Of a stretch of DNA of 64,000 nucleotides, positions 27,594 through 38,300 are shown in pieces. The position numbers and the translations under genes are program-made. The DNA comes from Bacteroidia bacterium (lineage in GTDB: Bacteria; Bacteroidota; Bacteroidia; NS11-12g; UBA955), in assembly GCA_023653095.1 (NCBI GenBank), contig JAMNXP010000003.1, positions 39,503-103,502 on the forward strand, written 5' to 3'. Below the pieces are notes generated by a model. It did no database searches. It was given only the letters and a program-made list of their open reading frames with translations, and had not been told where the DNA came from. How positions within the stretch are numbered: position 1 is the stretch's first letter; the number at the start of each line of letters is the position of its first letter.

Positions 27594-28122
27594 TCTTCAA
27601 TCGTTGTTGGAGCCATTTTCTGGCCTTAAAAAGTTGTGTTTTGCTGGTGCTTTCTGAAATCCCTAGGGTACCCGCAATTTCCTGATGTGAAAATCCTTCA
27701 ATTGCATACAAGTTAAAAACCGTTCTGTACCCAAGTGGAAGTTTGGACAATAAAACAAGCAAATCATTTGCTTGAAGTTGATCAGCTGCAGTATTGAATT
27801 GAACTTCTACAGATTCATTATCTTCTAAATCATCAAAAAGTTTTGATTTATCTTTTCTAATAGCATCAAGGCATTGATTTACCGTAATACGTTTCAACCA
27901 TCCCTCAAAGGAGCCTTCAAACCTGAAATCAGGTAACTTCTGAAAAATGCGTATGAATGATTCTTGAAACATGTCTTTTGCCTGATCATCTGAGGAAGCG
28001 TAACGACAACAAATGGAAAAGAGTTTGGCTGAAAACAATTGATAAAGCTGAGTTTGCGCCGATGATACTCCATCGATACACCTCTTGATCAGCTCTTGTT
28101 CTTGTTCCGTACTCAATGTCAT
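27586..28122 (-). CDS. ECF-type RNA polymerase sigma-70 factor
   Basis: 178 aa. Region 2 (FQESFIRIFQKLPDF...WLKRITVNQCLDAIR) and region 4 HTH (EGFSHQEIAGTLGISESTSKTQLFKARKWL). Confidence 0.85.
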   Translation of the reverse strand: MTLSTEQEQELIKRCIDGVSSAQTQLYQLFSAKLFSICCRYASSDDQAKDMFQESFIRIFQKLPDFRFEGSFEGWLKRITVNQCLDAIRKDKSKLFDDLEDNESVEVQFNTAADQLQANDLLVLLSKLPLGYRTVFNLYAIEGFSHQEIAGTLGISESTSKTQLFKARKWLQQRLKND

Positions 28123-28190
28123 TTGATGAGTTCATTTCCTCAAATTTCCCTAAAGATGCGCATAAACTTCTCAAGGTTGTCTGAGACTGA

Positions 28191-29306
28191 TTAATTTTTT
28201 TTATCGAGCATTACTCTCGCTATTTTGAAAGTTGCATCTGTAAATAGAGCTTTCATATGGGCATTTCGTTCTACTTCAAAAAGACATTGTTCCACGACTT
28301 GGACCAATTTATCAATTTGATCTACCGAAAATTGCAATTTTGTAAAGCTCTCCACAAATTCACCCTCCCTGCCAGTCCATGTATTCAATTCGGGCACATG
28401 AGCTACTACTAAAACAGATCGCATCAAGGCCAAACCGTAAGACAAAAACGCTTTAATACCTTCTTTTCCTAATGTAGCCAATTCATCAGTCCATGCATTT
28501 GCTTCAGCAGGTTTCACCCGGTAGCACATACCCATCCAGTTTCTCCACATCTCAAAGTAAGGACTTTCAACACCTTGCATTAAATCAATTGCCACTCTAA
28601 AATCACCATCTGCCATCAACGCAATTCGGGTTGACTGATCTTCACTCAATTGAAATTCAGCCACCAAATGATCTCTCAACTCCCCCATTTCTATAGGTGG
28701 AATTCTCACTGACTGAGTACGCGACAATATTGTCCCCAAAACCTTCTCAGAACTTTCCGCAACCAATAAGAAAAGGGTATTCACTGGAGGCTCCTCAATA
28801 ATTTTTAACAAGGTATTCCCCACATCTCCTAGAAACTCTGGAAGCCACAAAATCAACACTTTGTACTCTGACTCAAAAGCCATTAAAGACAAACTCTTGA
28901 TGATGTCTCTGCATTCTGCAATGGGTATATTTCCTTGCTTTTTCTCAGCGCCAAGATCTCTCATCCAAGAATTGTAATCAATATACGGATTGGATAAAAA
29001 CGATTTTCGCCAAGTCTCTAAATTTTCTGATGCTATTTTACCTTTATCAGCTGAAAACGGAAAACTAAAATGCAAATCGGGGTGTGCCAGCGTTTCATAC
29101 TTTCGGCATGAACTGCACTCCCCACAAGAATCATGATCTAGTCTATTTTTACAAGAAATAAATTGAGCATAAGCAACAGCCAACGGCAAGGCACCATGTC
29201 CTGATTTCCCCAAAAACAATTGAGCATGAGGAATTCTTCCAGCAATCACATTGCCTCTTAACTTATCTTTCAAAGTTCTGTGCCCTATGATTTGGGAAAA
29301 CTTCAA
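28191..29306 (-). CDS. holB: DNA polymerase III delta' subunit-like clamp-loader protein
   Basis: 371 aa. HAQLFLGKSGHGALPLAVAYAQFISC, Zn-module Cys cluster CGECSSCRK, LKIIEEPP and SRTQ. Confidence 0.7.
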   Translation of the reverse strand: MKFSQIIGHRTLKDKLRGNVIAGRIPHAQLFLGKSGHGALPLAVAYAQFISCKNRLDHDSCGECSSCRKYETLAHPDLHFSFPFSADKGKIASENLETWRKSFLSNPYIDYNSWMRDLGAEKKQGNIPIAECRDIIKSLSLMAFESEYKVLILWLPEFLGDVGNTLLKIIEEPPVNTLFLLVAESSEKVLGTILSRTQSVRIPPIEMGELRDHLVAEFQLSEDQSTRIALMADGDFRVAIDLMQGVESPYFEMWRNWMGMCYRVKPAEANAWTDELATLGKEGIKAFLSYGLALMRSVLVVAHVPELNTWTGREGEFVESFTKLQFSVDQIDKLVQVVEQCLFEVERNAHMKALFTDATFKIARVMLDKKN

Positions 29307-29315
29307 GTAATAAAC

Positions 29316-29708
29316 TTATAAAAAGCGTCTAATATCTTCTGCTATTTGACTCAATTCCTCTGTGGTTGGCTTCAATTTTGGACGAGTGAAGTTGATATCT
29401 TCCACTTCATTCAACGGCATCAAATGAACATGTGCATGTGGAACCTCCAATCCAATAACTGCAACACCTACCCTTTTGCAAGAAATGGCCTGTTTCACGG
29501 CATTGGCAACTGGTTGAGTAAATGCCCACAATGCTGACAATTCAGAAGGAGATAGGTCATAAATATAATCAACCTCCTTCTTGGGAATGCACAATACATG
29601 TCCCAAAACCAGTGGCATGATATCTAAGAAGGCAAGATGATGTTCATCTTCATAGATTTTATGACAGGGTATTTCACCTGAAACAATTTTTGAGAAGATG
29701 GTACTCAT
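29316..29708 (-). CDS. HIT-family (histidine triad) protein
   Basis: 130 aa with the HAHVHLMP histidine triad. Confidence 0.85.
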   Translation of the reverse strand: MSTIFSKIVSGEIPCHKIYEDEHHLAFLDIMPLVLGHVLCIPKKEVDYIYDLSPSELSALWAFTQPVANAVKQAISCKRVGVAVIGLEVPHAHVHLMPLNEVEDINFTRPKLKPTTEELSQIAEDIRRFL

Positions 29709-29717
29709 AATTTTAAT

Positions 29718-30191
29718 TTAAATAGAGATGTCTAAAACTTCCAATCTCACAATACCCGCTGGCACTTGAATCTCAACAATATCTCCTTTTGCCTTTCCTA
29801 GTAGTCCAGACCCAATAGCACTTTTTACAGAGATTTTATTCTCCTTCAAATTGGCTTCAGTTTCTGATACTAACTGATAAACAGCCTCTTTACCCACATT
29901 GTGATTCTTAACTTTTACTTTACATAAAATGCTCACCTTATTCGTATTTAATTGAGAACTATCAATCACTCTAGCATTAGCAATTAAATGATCCATCTGA
30001 GCAATCTTATCTTCTAAGTGACCCTGCGCTTCTTTAGCAGCATCGTATTCTGCATTCTCAGATAAATCACCCTTATCTCTTGCTTCAGCGATAGCTTGAA
30101 TAATTCTAGGACGCTCAACGTGCTTTAAATTGCTCAATTCAGCCTTTAAAGCCTCTAATCCTTCACGTGTAAAATATTGTACGTCACTCAT
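29718..30191 (-). CDS. greA: transcription elongation factor GreA
   Basis: 157 aa with the GDLSENAEYDAAKE signature and a C-terminal FKBP-like domain. Confidence 0.9.
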   Translation of the reverse strand: MSDVQYFTREGLEALKAELSNLKHVERPRIIQAIAEARDKGDLSENAEYDAAKEAQGHLEDKIAQMDHLIANARVIDSSQLNTNKVSILCKVKVKNHNVGKEAVYQLVSETEANLKENKISVKSAIGSGLLGKAKGDIVEIQVPAGIVRLEVLDISI

Positions 30192-30221
30192 AACAAATCT
30201 TTTATTTCTATAGGTTTATTG

Positions 30222-30260
30222 AAAAAAAAAAGTTGCACCAACAATTTCTGCTGATGCAAC
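30222..30260 (-). terminator. rho-independent terminator after the PorV-like gene
   Basis: The minus strand reads GTTGCATCAGC-agaaatt-GTTGGTGCAAC followed by T10. Confidence 0.7.
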
Positions 30261-30283
30261 ATATTCAAATATAATTAAAAATC

Positions 30284-31408
30284 TTAATCTTCCGATCCTA
30301 ATCCAATACGAATTCCAAAAGAATGAACTCCGTTAAAAGGATTGGTTGCACGATAATTGTAATCTAAAGAAACCACATTCCCGTCTTTACCATGCCAATC
30401 ATAGCTTAAACCTGCAAATGGACCAGTAAAAGCTGAAGGACGCGTTTCCTCATCAAAGATGCCCTCTTGGTAGCAATATCCACCTCTCAGCATGATCATA
30501 TCTTTATATGCATACTCCAAAGAAACGGTTGTTTGATTGGTAGTAAAAGAGTGATTGGTAAAAGCAAAACCTACGGTCAAACGATTATCATACAAACCTT
30601 GCACCTTATCTAAACGCAAATCATAAGACGCTGCAATATTCAATAATGCAGGCAACTTCACTACGTCAGTTTTTACTTGCAACGTTTTCTCGAAAGTTCC
30701 ATTTTGCAAAGTAGCTTTATAACTCAAACCGTCTCCACTATAGCTCATATCAGGACCAATGTTCTTAACTGATACACCAAATTTAAAATCATTTCTTTTC
30801 AATTTCGATGCATTTGCAAACAAGGTGGTGCTATATTGAACTCCAGCATCCAAGGCCAAACCTGAAGCGCTAGCATCAGGAATTCCTTCAGACACCATAC
30901 GTGCAGTAATACCAGCCGAAATGCTGTTACTAAAGCTCTTTCCATAGGAAACGCCAATATTGGTTATATTCACTCGGTAAGTACCAATTCCGCCGTAAGG
31001 ATTGTCTTCGGTTGTTATTTGGATGGGTTGTACACCAAACTGCATTACTTGAACCCCTAAAGTCCCTGCGGTTCCGTCTTCTCCCATCTTAACGGCAAAA
31101 CCAAGGTTGTTAATGCCTATTCCAGAACCCATTAACCACTCTGTTCTTGCAAAAACCAATTCTGTCTTGTTGGTCATCCGATCCAAACCGCCCACGTTCA
31201 TGAACATAGCTTCTGAACCTCTAACTCCACCTGCACCTGACCAACCTAAACCACCAGAACGTGCCCAACCATTAATGGTCAATTGCATTGCTCCCGCTTG
31301 TCCTTGTCTTTCAGGGTTTCCAGCAAAAGCTGAAGTAGCCATCAATCCCAAGCAAAGAGCAGATAAACCAGACTTTATATGTGTTTTGTTAAATTTCATT
31401 TTTATCAA
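30284..31408 (-). CDS. outer-membrane beta-barrel protein, PorV/PorQ-family-like
   Basis: 374 aa (the start could instead be the MKF.. ATG at 31399). Signal peptide, then the Gly/Ala-rich motif GQAGAMQLTINGWARSGGLGWSGAGGVRGSEAMFMNVGGL, which resembles the PorV/PorQ N-terminal signature. Alternating beta-strand pattern to the C-terminus (..HSFGIRIGLGSED). Confidence 0.45.
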   Translation of the reverse strand: MIKMKFNKTHIKSGLSALCLGLMATSAFAGNPERQGQAGAMQLTINGWARSGGLGWSGAGGVRGSEAMFMNVGGLDRMTNKTELVFARTEWLMGSGIGINNLGFAVKMGEDGTAGTLGVQVMQFGVQPIQITTEDNPYGGIGTYRVNITNIGVSYGKSFSNSISAGITARMVSEGIPDASASGLALDAGVQYSTTLFANASKLKRNDFKFGVSVKNIGPDMSYSGDGLSYKATLQNGTFEKTLQVKTDVVKLPALLNIAASYDLRLDKVQGLYDNRLTVGFAFTNHSFTTNQTTVSLEYAYKDMIMLRGGYCYQEGIFDEETRPSAFTGPFAGLSYDWHGKDGNVVSLDYNYRATNPFNGVHSFGIRIGLGSED

Positions 31409-31426
31409 TCTTAATCTTTAAAACTA

Positions 31427-34400
31427 TTAATACGAATCCAAGTCTATGGCATGCATAATACCGTACCAACGAACTACTTTTTCACCTAAACGAGGCGCTT
31501 TTACGTGTATTAAATACAGACCGCTCGCAATAGGTACGTTATTCTGATTCTTCAAATCCCACTCAAAATAGGTACTCTCATCGGCTTTTTTAATCTTACG
31601 AATAGTATTACCCGCCATGTCAAAAATAGTGATGGTACACTCTGGTGGAAGATTGGTAATCTTAACACGTGAATCAATTGGACTGTTCTCGTATTTACTA
31701 TAGCCTCTGTAAGGGTTAGGAACAACGTTCACCATATCCAAATTCTTAGTTCCAATATTATCTGAAACCTTTGGCGCTATTTCAGCACCATCGAATTCGT
31801 ACATCGGACGGTCATTATTTCTGGTATCACCCGTATTAAAGGTAGTATAAGCCTTTGAAACTCTCACATTAATGGTAACTTCAGTTGGAGGTATACCGTC
31901 TTTCATGGTAAAACCAGGTGCCAAATAAGTAGGAATTACCCAGTTTACTTGAGACAATAAACGAACCTTTTCAGTATTTACAGGGTTACCACCGGCGGTA
32001 GTAGACTGCAATCCCTTACGGAAACGATCAAAGTAAGTATCTTCTGGACCGTAGTATCTTTCACCAATCACGTTTCTAGTGATACCATGTCTACCCGCAC
32101 CAAAAATATAAATGAAATGCTTACCACCTACTGCAGGGTAATTACCATTGTCATTGTATACCGTTGATGTTGGATTCCAAATCATGTCACGGCCATTCTC
32201 ACCAGGCAGATAACTATCTTCACCAAAACCAATATTCAAACGTTCACCAGTCTCAAGGTTAATAGCATAACCAGGGAACCAACTCAAACCTTGACTTCCT
32301 GCTTCATCGGCAAAGTTTTGATCTTTAGATGTACCCCAACGCATATTGAACTTAGACATGTTGCCTTCAGTTCCGCTCTTAACCTCATCATCAGCCATCT
32401 CCATTACAACAGCACGAGTCCATTTTGACTTATCAGGAGTAATTACCAATTGGAAGCTATTCAATTCAGCCAAAGGATTCTGCAACCAAGTGGTGTTACC
32501 ACTCCATGCAAAACCATAAGTATTCTGACCAGTTGTTGCACTGTATTTTTCACGCGCAGTTAAACCATAAGGAGCAATTCTACCATTCCAAATACGCTCG
32601 TATGCTTGACCTGGATCTAAAGGATTTCCATCAGAAGCTAAGAAATCAGAGGTGTAACCATTGAAAGTACCTCCTCTTCCAGCATTACCTGATCTTATCC
32701 AGTTGTTAAATCCTTGAGACGCATCATTATCAACTACTGCCGTTAACCACTGCTTACCGTTATCTTGCCATTTTACATCCCAATTAATAAAGGAGTTGGT
32801 TGGATCTGCAGTTGCATTTTCAGCTGGATTATAAACCTGATTGATTTCAACACTCAGTCCCCAATCAGCCAAAGTTTGTTTAGTAGCATTATTCTTTCCG
32901 GGGCGACCTTGAATGGTTTCAAATCGAGTTCCAATAGTAGTATCTGAGAAAATAGTATCGTTTCCATTAACTGAGTCTCTCTTCACTAGGAACCAACCGG
33001 TATTTCTAGTCATTGAATCACGTAAACCTGTATTGTTTGAAGGTGTACGCTCTTTCAATACCAATTCAAACTTAGCATTTGGCACTTTCAATGGGTCAAT
33101 AACCTTTATATTCACAGGTCCTGCGCCACCAACATATTTAGGCTTAGCAGAAAATCCAGTTCTTAATATATCTGAAACTGTTTCCTCAGTAAACTCCAAA
33201 GACATTCCGCCATTTCCACGTCCGCTGATTCTGGTCAAACTTGGACCTGAACCGTATGAACTCTGCAATTCAGTTCCAAAGTTTTCTGGTTCTGTAGCAT
33301 GAGGGGTGGCACGATATACTTTGATATTTCTTCTACCAGCAAGGAATTGGTTAGGATCAATTTGCAATGTGTCATCTGACAAAATTGCATAACTCAATAC
33401 CATATAATAGTAGTTTCTAAAATCAATCAATGAGGTGTTCGCGTTAGTCGCAAATAAATCATTCTTGATGCTAAACGAGTGTTGTACACCTTTATCAGAA
33501 CCATCTACCTTCTCAACTGGAACCATTTGTGATAACTTAGGATCAAATACCTTGTTGATGATTTGTCCGCGGTTATTTTTCATATCACACTGGTACAACA
33601 AACGTGCCTTATCAATATTATCCAAATCACCAGTATTTACAGTTGCATCTTTCAACTGATAAACCAAGTAACCCTCAAATTTATAGGTCAATTCTTTGTT
33701 GTTTGCATCCTTATATTTCTCGGTGTAGTTCTCAACTTTATCTGAATTGGTATTCAAAAATTTCAAAACCAATTCTTCACGCAATTCTTGAATTTCAATA
33801 TCAGGTGCATTCGGACCATCCAAAATCTTAAAGTTGTTATTGAACAAGGTCTGTGCTTTGTCAGAAGCCAATTTCAACAACTGCAACGAACCTGCAGCAC
33901 CTTGACAAGGTGCACCAGCTCCACCACTCGTAGTTCTAGCCCATACAACACCAACGGTGATTCTTTGAACCTGTCCGGGACGTAAAATGAATGGACCAGT
34001 AGATTGCAAGAAACGACGGTCAGCAGGACGGTTACCCGCGCTCTTCTCATCCCAACATTCACCGGGGAAATCTGGATCGGTTCCGCCAGAGAACATGTAA
34101 TTTGTCTGACGAGTTCCACCAAAACCATTACCACCGAAGGTCACGTTTTGACCTTGCTTCCATTTACCTCTAAGATAGTTATAAAAGGTATTGGCATTAT
34201 TTCCATCAGGATTTCCAGAAACTGGATCGGGGCTATTGTTGTAATACATGAAGTGACTCATACCCATCTGTTTACCAGCTGTATCGGTTGGTCCTTCAAA
34301 ATAGTCAACACCAATGGTTGGTGGATTTAATCCGTAACCCAAAACTCCTTCATCATCATCATCACCATTGAAGCAATAACCTAAAGACCGCCCAACATCG

Positions 34401-35320
34401 CAACCTACATAGTCGTCAGCGTAGTTACCCAAATCGGCATCTACCCATTGCCCCATGTAACAATCATTCACCGTAGTGAAACCACGGTTGATGATTTTGG
34501 TGGTGTAAAAGGTCATATTATTTACCTCATCATTGGTTGCAAACGCAAAAGCAGTAGTTTGACACTCAATACCAATGGGTTGACCAGTAGATTCAGAATG
34601 AATATTTCCTTTGTCATTGTAAACCCACCAAATGAACATATCGGGTTGTCTATCAACTCCATTTTCTACGTTAGGCCTGCGTTCGTCCAATACAGGGTGT
34701 TCTCCGTCAAATGGGTTGTAAACTCCGTCATTGTTCACAACCTTATAAGGTGCTAAATAATCAGACTCTGCTCCTAGTTTAACAGAACGATCACTTCCTC
34801 CTGGCCATTCTCTGATTCCTACACTGATGTTAGTATACTTTGAATTCTCGAAGTCTTCCAATTCATCACGAGTCACCTTCCACATTCGGTCATAAGTCTT
34901 ACAACGCAATGGATCAGTTGATGCAGTGGTAGTATCTAATGGTCCTGGCCAAAAATCAAAACCATTTTGACGATATGTCATTGCGGCTAATTTTAAGTTA
35001 CCACCGTTGTCTTTACCTCCAATCCAAATAGCACCCGCAAATAAAGAATGTTTTCTTACGGCATTAGGGTCATTTACTTTGGGTACTTCGTATTTTGGAT
35101 TGTTTACATCCCACCACATATCTCCACCGTTCAACAGCTTTGTACGAACGTTATTGATATCTAAGTCAGCCGACTGCGAAGCGGGCTCACAAGTGTTCGC
35201 CAATGAACCAGCGCGTTTGCTCACTTTAAGTGTAGTACGACCATTGATGTTTTCAATGGGTCTAGCCAAAACCTGCGAAGCAATCGCAAATCCTAATGCT
35301 ATAATTCCAAATTTTTTCAT
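31427..35320 (-). CDS. large secreted protein with T9SS type-A C-terminal sorting domain
   Basis: 1297 aa. Signal peptide MKKFGIIALGFAIASQVLA. The C-terminal ~90 aa (VNVVPNPYRG...ITIFDMAGNTIRKI...WDLKNQNNVPIASGLYLIHV) fit the Por_Secre_tail pattern. Confidence 0.7.
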   Translation of the reverse strand: MKKFGIIALGFAIASQVLARPIENINGRTTLKVSKRAGSLANTCEPASQSADLDINNVRTKLLNGGDMWWDVNNPKYEVPKVNDPNAVRKHSLFAGAIWIGGKDNGGNLKLAAMTYRQNGFDFWPGPLDTTTASTDPLRCKTYDRMWKVTRDELEDFENSKYTNISVGIREWPGGSDRSVKLGAESDYLAPYKVVNNDGVYNPFDGEHPVLDERRPNVENGVDRQPDMFIWWVYNDKGNIHSESTGQPIGIECQTTAFAFATNDEVNNMTFYTTKIINRGFTTVNDCYMGQWVDADLGNYADDYVGCDVGRSLGYCFNGDDDDEGVLGYGLNPPTIGVDYFEGPTDTAGKQMGMSHFMYYNNSPDPVSGNPDGNNANTFYNYLRGKWKQGQNVTFGGNGFGGTRQTNYMFSGGTDPDFPGECWDEKSAGNRPADRRFLQSTGPFILRPGQVQRITVGVVWARTTSGGAGAPCQGAAGSLQLLKLASDKAQTLFNNNFKILDGPNAPDIEIQELREELVLKFLNTNSDKVENYTEKYKDANNKELTYKFEGYLVYQLKDATVNTGDLDNIDKARLLYQCDMKNNRGQIINKVFDPKLSQMVPVEKVDGSDKGVQHSFSIKNDLFATNANTSLIDFRNYYYMVLSYAILSDDTLQIDPNQFLAGRRNIKVYRATPHATEPENFGTELQSSYGSGPSLTRISGRGNGGMSLEFTEETVSDILRTGFSAKPKYVGGAGPVNIKVIDPLKVPNAKFELVLKERTPSNNTGLRDSMTRNTGWFLVKRDSVNGNDTIFSDTTIGTRFETIQGRPGKNNATKQTLADWGLSVEINQVYNPAENATADPTNSFINWDVKWQDNGKQWLTAVVDNDASQGFNNWIRSGNAGRGGTFNGYTSDFLASDGNPLDPGQAYERIWNGRIAPYGLTAREKYSATTGQNTYGFAWSGNTTWLQNPLAELNSFQLVITPDKSKWTRAVVMEMADDEVKSGTEGNMSKFNMRWGTSKDQNFADEAGSQGLSWFPGYAINLETGERLNIGFGEDSYLPGENGRDMIWNPTSTVYNDNGNYPAVGGKHFIYIFGAGRHGITRNVIGERYYGPEDTYFDRFRKGLQSTTAGGNPVNTEKVRLLSQVNWVIPTYLAPGFTMKDGIPPTEVTINVRVSKAYTTFNTGDTRNNDRPMYEFDGAEIAPKVSDNIGTKNLDMVNVVPNPYRGYSKYENSPIDSRVKITNLPPECTITIFDMAGNTIRKIKKADESTYFEWDLKNQNNVPIASGLYLIHVKAPRLGEKVVRWYGIMHAIDLDSY

Positions 35321-35344
35321 TTTCTAATTTCCCTTTCCAAAATA

Positions 35345-38300
35345 TTAATTCAAGCTAAAACGCACACCCAAACGAATGGTTCTTGGAGCATTCCAGTTAC
35401 CCGTTTGAGAATTTAACAACAAACGATACAAATCAGTGTAAGACTGTGCATCAATCTGTGTTTTGATCAACAATTGTCCTTGAGGTGAAGTCAAGAATCC
35501 ATCATCGTTGGGTTGACCTGTGTAAGGGAACACACCCAACACATTCCATGTATTCAAAACGTTGTTCACCCACAAGAATGCAGTAAATCTCAAAGGATTC
35601 TTCGCATCTCCGCGGTTCAACTGAAACGCTTTAGAAATATTGATGTCAAAGTTATACTGCCAAGGCAATCTCGCACCAAATGGAACACCTTTGATCTGAG
35701 CACGATCAACCGCTCCAATCTGCACTGGACGATTGGTTGGTGTGTATGGACCTCCGCTGTAAGTGTTTCCAATAACGTTGAAACTGGTAAACTTGAAAAT
35801 CTCTTTTCCAAATACCACTGGACCCTTATACAAATTCTTTTTGTTCAGGTCTCTTCCTCCGCCCCATTCCCAGGTGGCACTCACTTTTAAGTTATGACGA
35901 ATGTCTAATTCACCTAATGGAATGACGTTTCTTAAGTTTGGTTGATTACTTTGAATTAGAGTCTGCTGAGAACTAATGTTAGATCCAGTACCATCAGCAA
36001 ATTGCAACATGTAACTCGCTGATAAGCTCAAAGGACCAATATCTCTGATACTGAAATTACCTCTGAAACCAGTGATGGTAGCGAAGTCAATGTTACGGTA
36101 AGTGATGTAGGTTACTGGATAACCTTGGTTGATTTGATACAAACCAAAATCGTTTCTGATTTCAGAATAAGAAGCACTCAACTCTAAACCTTTATCGCCC
36201 TTGCGACCAAAGATTTGCTTGTATCCCACTTCATAGTCGGTCTTCAAACGAGAGTTCAAAGAACCGTTTGCCAAAGTAGAACCTTGTCTGAATCTCAAAT
36301 AATAAATATCGTCAATTGACACAAACGAACCTGCTGCATTAGGGCGTTGCGCTAAGATATCATAGCTAACATAGAACGTTTTCTTTCTGGGTTCCAAGGG
36401 GAAAGAGAACCAGATACGTGGCAACAAATTCACTGCTGGAGTATAGTCAACAAAAGTCTTGTCTGTTACCTCCTGCTTGTTGTAATCTACCAAGTAAGGC
36501 GCAATTCTACCGTTTGAAGTTTGGTTGGCCAACAATTCTGGATTCTTCAATTCAGAACCATCAGCATTGTACCAACGATCACCCTCTCTGTAACCAATGA
36601 TTTTGGTTGGTGACTGCATGTCATTTACGTAAACGTATGCATCTTCAGAAATGTTGGTCGGATGATCAATAGTCAAACCGTTGATGTTTGAAACCTCTGC
36701 AGCCGTTCTGATAGGATACAAACTGTAAGGGTCTTTCAACACTATTTGGTTTGCGTCGTAACGCTCCATACGAAGTCCCACACGGAAAATCAAATCCTTA
36801 AACTGGAATTGGTCTTGCAACCAAGCAGCAATGTAGATAGGTTGAAAAGCACCAATGGTTCTTCTGTCAGGATCATTTAAGAATTGGTTGATAGATGGCT
36901 TACCCCTAACAATATTCCCAAGGTGATCGTATCCAAAGTAGTTCACATATCCGTTACCGTTATTCAACAACTCGTTGGCATTGAAGTCTTTGATGTCAAA
37001 GTCTCCAGGCTGGTAACTATTCACATTGATGAACGTTTGCTCATTCACTAAGTTACCATAGACATCTCTTGCACCTTGAGAAATCAAACGATTTCTGAAC
37101 GCTCTATCGAAATGAGATTGCTCGGCATAGTTTACCAATCTATTGTAACGTACAGTATCTGTGAAAACACCGTTTTCATCATAGGACAAAATAGGATTGT
37201 TAACATCCAATTCTGTAATGTGCTTGTTCATTAACTGACCCATCAAAATCCATAAACCGTTTGCGTTTAAGCTATAACCACGGTTGATGTTCTGCTCGTA
37301 GTAAAATCCAGCCTGTAAATCGTGAGGAGTTCTTTCGCGTCCACCCACTGTTTTAGGCTTCACTTGCATTTGTCCTAAAGCAAACAAAGAATATTTCTCA
37401 GTAGAGGATTTACCCCATCCACCCACAGATGTACCAGGAGTTGCCCATAGAGAATAAACGTTATTGGGTTGGTAACCGTTCAACAAACCTTGACCCATCA
37501 ATACTTGCAAGGGGTTGGTCAAATTAAACCCACGGTCTTGATAAAAATCAAATACATTCTGAGTATAATTGGCCCTTACAGGATTCAACTCACTTCTCTT
37601 AAATGTCAATAAAGTATCGGTATAACCTACATGTTCCCAGTAGTTTCTCAATTGAACAATATTTCCGTTTTGGTCTTGAACCACACGAGGCTCTTTATTT
37701 GGATTTTGCTGAGCATCATAATTTGAGTATGCAAAAAACTCAGTTGGGTAAGACTTAAATTCTCCAATGTAACCATAATCAAAGAAGTTTCGTCCATGCT
37801 CACGATGTTGGTTGGTAGACCAAGCATTTTGGTATTCAGCACGTATGGTGTAAAAAGCATTCTTGATAGTGCTCTCTTTGTTTACTTTAAATTCTTGTCT
37901 GAATTGCAAATATGAGCGGAAGGTATGGTTATCACTGGTTCCATTTTCGTTGTAGTTCATGATAGAATTGGTCGCATTTCTACCACCGCCATAAAAGTAA
38001 CTCGCAAAACCAGTCAAATTGATGTATTTATTGGGATTAAACTCCAACTTACCTATAAAGTTACCATTGTATTGTTGTGATGTTGGACGTGCAGCCAATA
38101 AATCAAAATCAGATTCCTTTAAATAAGATGCGGCATGCACAAACCCATTTGGAGTGAAAACCAAGGGATTCTTTTCAATCTCAGCAAGTTTTTCCTCTTT
38201 CAATATATATACACCCGTTCTCGTTGGACCAGGATCAGCATAGTAACCCACGTTACCGTTCAAGGTAAAGCCCAATTTCACTAAAGACTCAGTTTTACCA

